Both the position numbers and the translations under genes were made by a program. A stretch of DNA of 64,000 nt from Ostrea edulis (Eukaryota). Location: contig NC_079170.1 of assembly GCF_947568905.1 (NCBI RefSeq), positions 43,090,001-43,154,000 on the forward strand, given 5' to 3'. Below are positions 63,721-64,000 of the stretch, one piece after another (within the stretch, counting starts at the first letter, position 1; each line of letters opens with the position of its first letter). The notes beneath the pieces are model-generated. The model saw nothing but the letters and a program-made list of their open reading frames with translations. It searched no databases and had not been told where the DNA came from.

Positions 63721-64000
63721 AAAGACGTCCAGCATTTTAATCACGGTTCAGACTTTGATTTAGCTACAGTGTATCATTATTGTGCTCGAATATTATACCT
63801 GTATTTCCTGAGTATCCAGATATATTCATTCTATATTTAGATCTTTCGTCACCGATACTAACGCTCTTGTATTTGACAAATCTTGAATCTCCTTCAAAGT
63901 CTCTCATATCCATTCTAAGTTCGTAATTGTTTTGCCATAGAATATTGTACAGGTATTAGTTTCCTACAAATTTGCAGTACACTGTATATGAGAAACTAAA

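Larger units (their letters stand above)
62621..63963 (-). pseudogene. Fibrinogen-related domain (FReD/ficolin-like) gene, last two exons; in-frame TAA (null allele or pseudogene)
   Basis: Exon 63799-63963 reads GN*YLYNILWQNNYELRMDMRDFEGDSRFVKY...YRMNISGYSGNTG; exon 62621-62880 reads [44 protein letters not shown].Y...WRGQYYSLK..EIMVR*. Stop at 63956-63958. 5' exons lie outside the window. Confidence 0.82.

Overview
AT-rich animal genomic DNA, most likely a bivalve mollusc/oyster (inferred from repeat families, SUEL/FReD genes and intron style; no database search was possible). Six protein-coding loci were reconstructed by hand from GT-AG junctions and frame continuity: FBXL13/DRC6 (minus, 20 exons in window, runs off the left edge), NRF1 (plus, 8 coding exons, divergent from FBXL13), an unnamed Cys-containing protein with a possibly inactive PPPDE/NlpC-P60-like motif pattern (minus), a signal peptide + Cys-rich module + SUEL lectin + GPI-type tail gene (plus), a two-exon PQ-loop membrane protein (minus) and the last two exons of a fibrinogen-related-domain gene with an in-frame stop (minus). 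The window also holds LINE and Penelope-like fragments, tRNA-derived SINEs, a TRIM-like element with tRNA-like cassettes in its terminal repeats, and several MITE families. The most striking pattern is five unrelated intronic minisatellites (4 in FBXL13, 1 in NRF1). Each unit is built from the end of the upstream exon plus its 5' splice site, creating trains of decoy donors whose use would be unproductive; no equivalent arrays were seen at acceptors.
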